From contig NC_010163.1 of assembly GCF_000018785.1 (NCBI RefSeq), positions 1-32,000 of the forward strand: a stretch of DNA of 32,000 bases, read 5' to 3'. The stretch comes from Acholeplasma laidlawii PG-8A (lineage in GTDB: Bacteria > Bacillota_I > Bacilli_A > Acholeplasmatales > Acholeplasmataceae). Positions 30,896 to 32,000 of the stretch are shown here, piece by piece. Positions within the stretch are counted from its first letter, which is position 1. Every line of letters starts with the position of its first letter. Position numbers and translations under genes: made by a program. The notes under the pieces were generated by a model. The model saw only the letters and a program-made list of their open reading frames with translations. It did no database searches and was not told the DNA's origin.

Positions 30896-31135
30896 ATGGG
30901 AAAAGATTACAAATTTATTAAAAACGGAATAAAGGTTGCACAAATACGTGCTATAGGCTCAGTGATTTTGGGATTAATGGTATTATTTGGTGGAATATAT
31001 ATTGTTAATTTGTATGAGACAGAAGATGAAAAAATAACGGTAATTATTGCTACAATTGCACTGTTTTTCTTGTTTATTATTGCTTTCTACTCAAACATAA
31101 GGGCAATCAAAAAGTATAAAAGTTTTTTAGAATAG
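30896..31135 (+). CDS. Small predicted membrane protein, function unknown
   Basis: 79-aa ORF with two hydrophobic segments and a GGGG-type RBS region upstream. Confidence 0.6.
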   Translation: MGKDYKFIKNGIKVAQIRAIGSVILGLMVLFGGIYIVNLYETEDEKITVIIATIALFFLFIIAFYSNIRAIKKYKSFLE

Positions 31136-31156
31136 AAGACAAACAAATAATAAAAT

Positions 31157-31190
31157 AACGGTTTGATACCTAAGCATCAAACCGTTTTTA
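31157..31190. terminator. Bidirectional Rho-independent terminator between convergent genes
   Basis: AACGGTTTGAT (31157..31167) pairs perfectly with ATCAAACCGTT (31176..31186), followed by T residues on the + strand. Confidence 0.88.
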
Positions 31191-32000
31191 CTATTTATTA
31201 CTATGTATTTTTTCATTTCTTGGCATATTTGTAATACGACTTACTTCATCAATTTCATTGAATTGTTCAATGTAACCTACTACATGCGGTTCTAATTTGT
31301 TTTTTTCAATAACACTTAGTGATATACCGTGGTGAGCTGTCATATGTTGAAGCACAGTTTCTATAATATCTCTTGGGATTATATCTTTTGGTTTGTTTTT
31401 AACTTCATCGAAGAATCGTAATGCATAGATACTAGAAATTGTTTCATGACCTTTGTAGTGTCCATTGTACTTAGCTTGAGATTTACCAAGATCATGTAAT
31501 GCGGAAACAATGTGCATAACTGGATCATGTGAATTTTTAATACACATATCGATATGTGTGTCAATATCTTCTAAATGATAAGGAGTTTCATGATTCTCGT
31601 TTAAACGTTCAAACTCTGGCATATATGCAGCGGAAATGTATCTTCTAACAGTCTCATAGATTCCATCTTTTAAAGCACTATTAATAAAGTCATTATATTC
31701 CGTATTGGAATTTAAGAATGTAGACTGACTAATAATCTTATAGTTATCACAATCTACTCCAACTCTAGGTGGTGCCATAAATTTATACATGTGCTCAATA
31801 ATATGAAAAGGTACTACCTTTTCAAAAGAACGCTTCTCATTTTGATATTTTGCAAACATAAGTGGTTCTAGGACCATATGAATTTCTACAGTATATCCAC
31901 GTGCCTTGAATTTTTCATAAAGCGATGTACGAAGGGCTCTTGAAATATTGGTTGCATCAAAAATTAAGGAGTCATCATAAGAAAAGACACGATCGTGTAA
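31191..32000 (-). CDS. P-loop kinase (AAA_33-like) plus HD-domain fusion protein, N-terminus beyond the window
   Basis: HD part: IVSALHDLGKSQAKYNGHYKGHETISSIYALRF. The frame stays open from 31878 to the window edge (32000), reading LHDRVFSYDDSLIFDATNISRALRTSLYEKFKARGYTVEIH, typical of predicted P-loop kinases. The track start at 31877 is therefore internal. Confidence 0.82.
   Translation of the reverse strand, partial: LHDRVFSYDDSLIFDATNISRALRTSLYEKFKARGYTVEIHMVLEPLMFAKYQNEKRSFEKVVPFHIIEHMYKFMAPPRVGVDCDNYKIISQSTFLNSNTEYNDFINSALKDGIYETVRRYISAAYMPEFERLNENHETPYHLEDIDTHIDMCIKNSHDPVMHIVSALHDLGKSQAKYNGHYKGHETISSIYALRFFDEVKNKPKDIIPRDIIETVLQHMTAHHGISLSVIEKNKLEPHVVGYIEQFNEIDEVSRITNMPRNEKIHSNK

Overview
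This window is the chromosomal replication-origin region of a low-GC, wall-less Firmicute-like bacterium, most likely Acholeplasma or a close relative. The inference rests on use of the standard genetic code with TGA stops, the oriC/dnaA-dnaN-S4-recF-gyrB-gyrA order, and the presence of spoVG, pduL and a two-component system. I read it as: a DnaA-box cluster, dnaA, a disrupted dnaN, an S4-domain gene, recF, gyrB, gyrA, a MacB-like ABC exporter, a T-box leader plus serS, a response regulator/histidine kinase pair, a HIT protein (minus strand), pduL, an HD phosphohydrolase, rnmV, rsmA, spoVG, prs, pth, mfd, a CofE-like ligase homologue, a class I/II aminotransferase, a sugar O-acetyltransferase, a cardiolipin synthase, small membrane proteins, and a kinase-HD protein cut off by the window edge. 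The most unusual observation is a complete 1329-bp IS10-type element (Tn10 family, enterobacterial) at 1997..3325 with a perfect 9-bp target duplication (TGCTTTACC). It sits inside dnaN, whose 5' part also has an independent 1-nt frameshift. An enterobacterial IS plus a frameshift in an essential sliding-clamp gene is most easily explained as an artefact of cloning or propagation in E. coli, though this needs checking. I found no CRISPR array, phage, defence island, rRNA or tRNA, and nothing I would call a new biological system. Secondary points of interest are a compact promoter-terminator unit (14499..14580), the CofE-like protein, the kinase-HD fusion and several start-site corrections to the ORF track.
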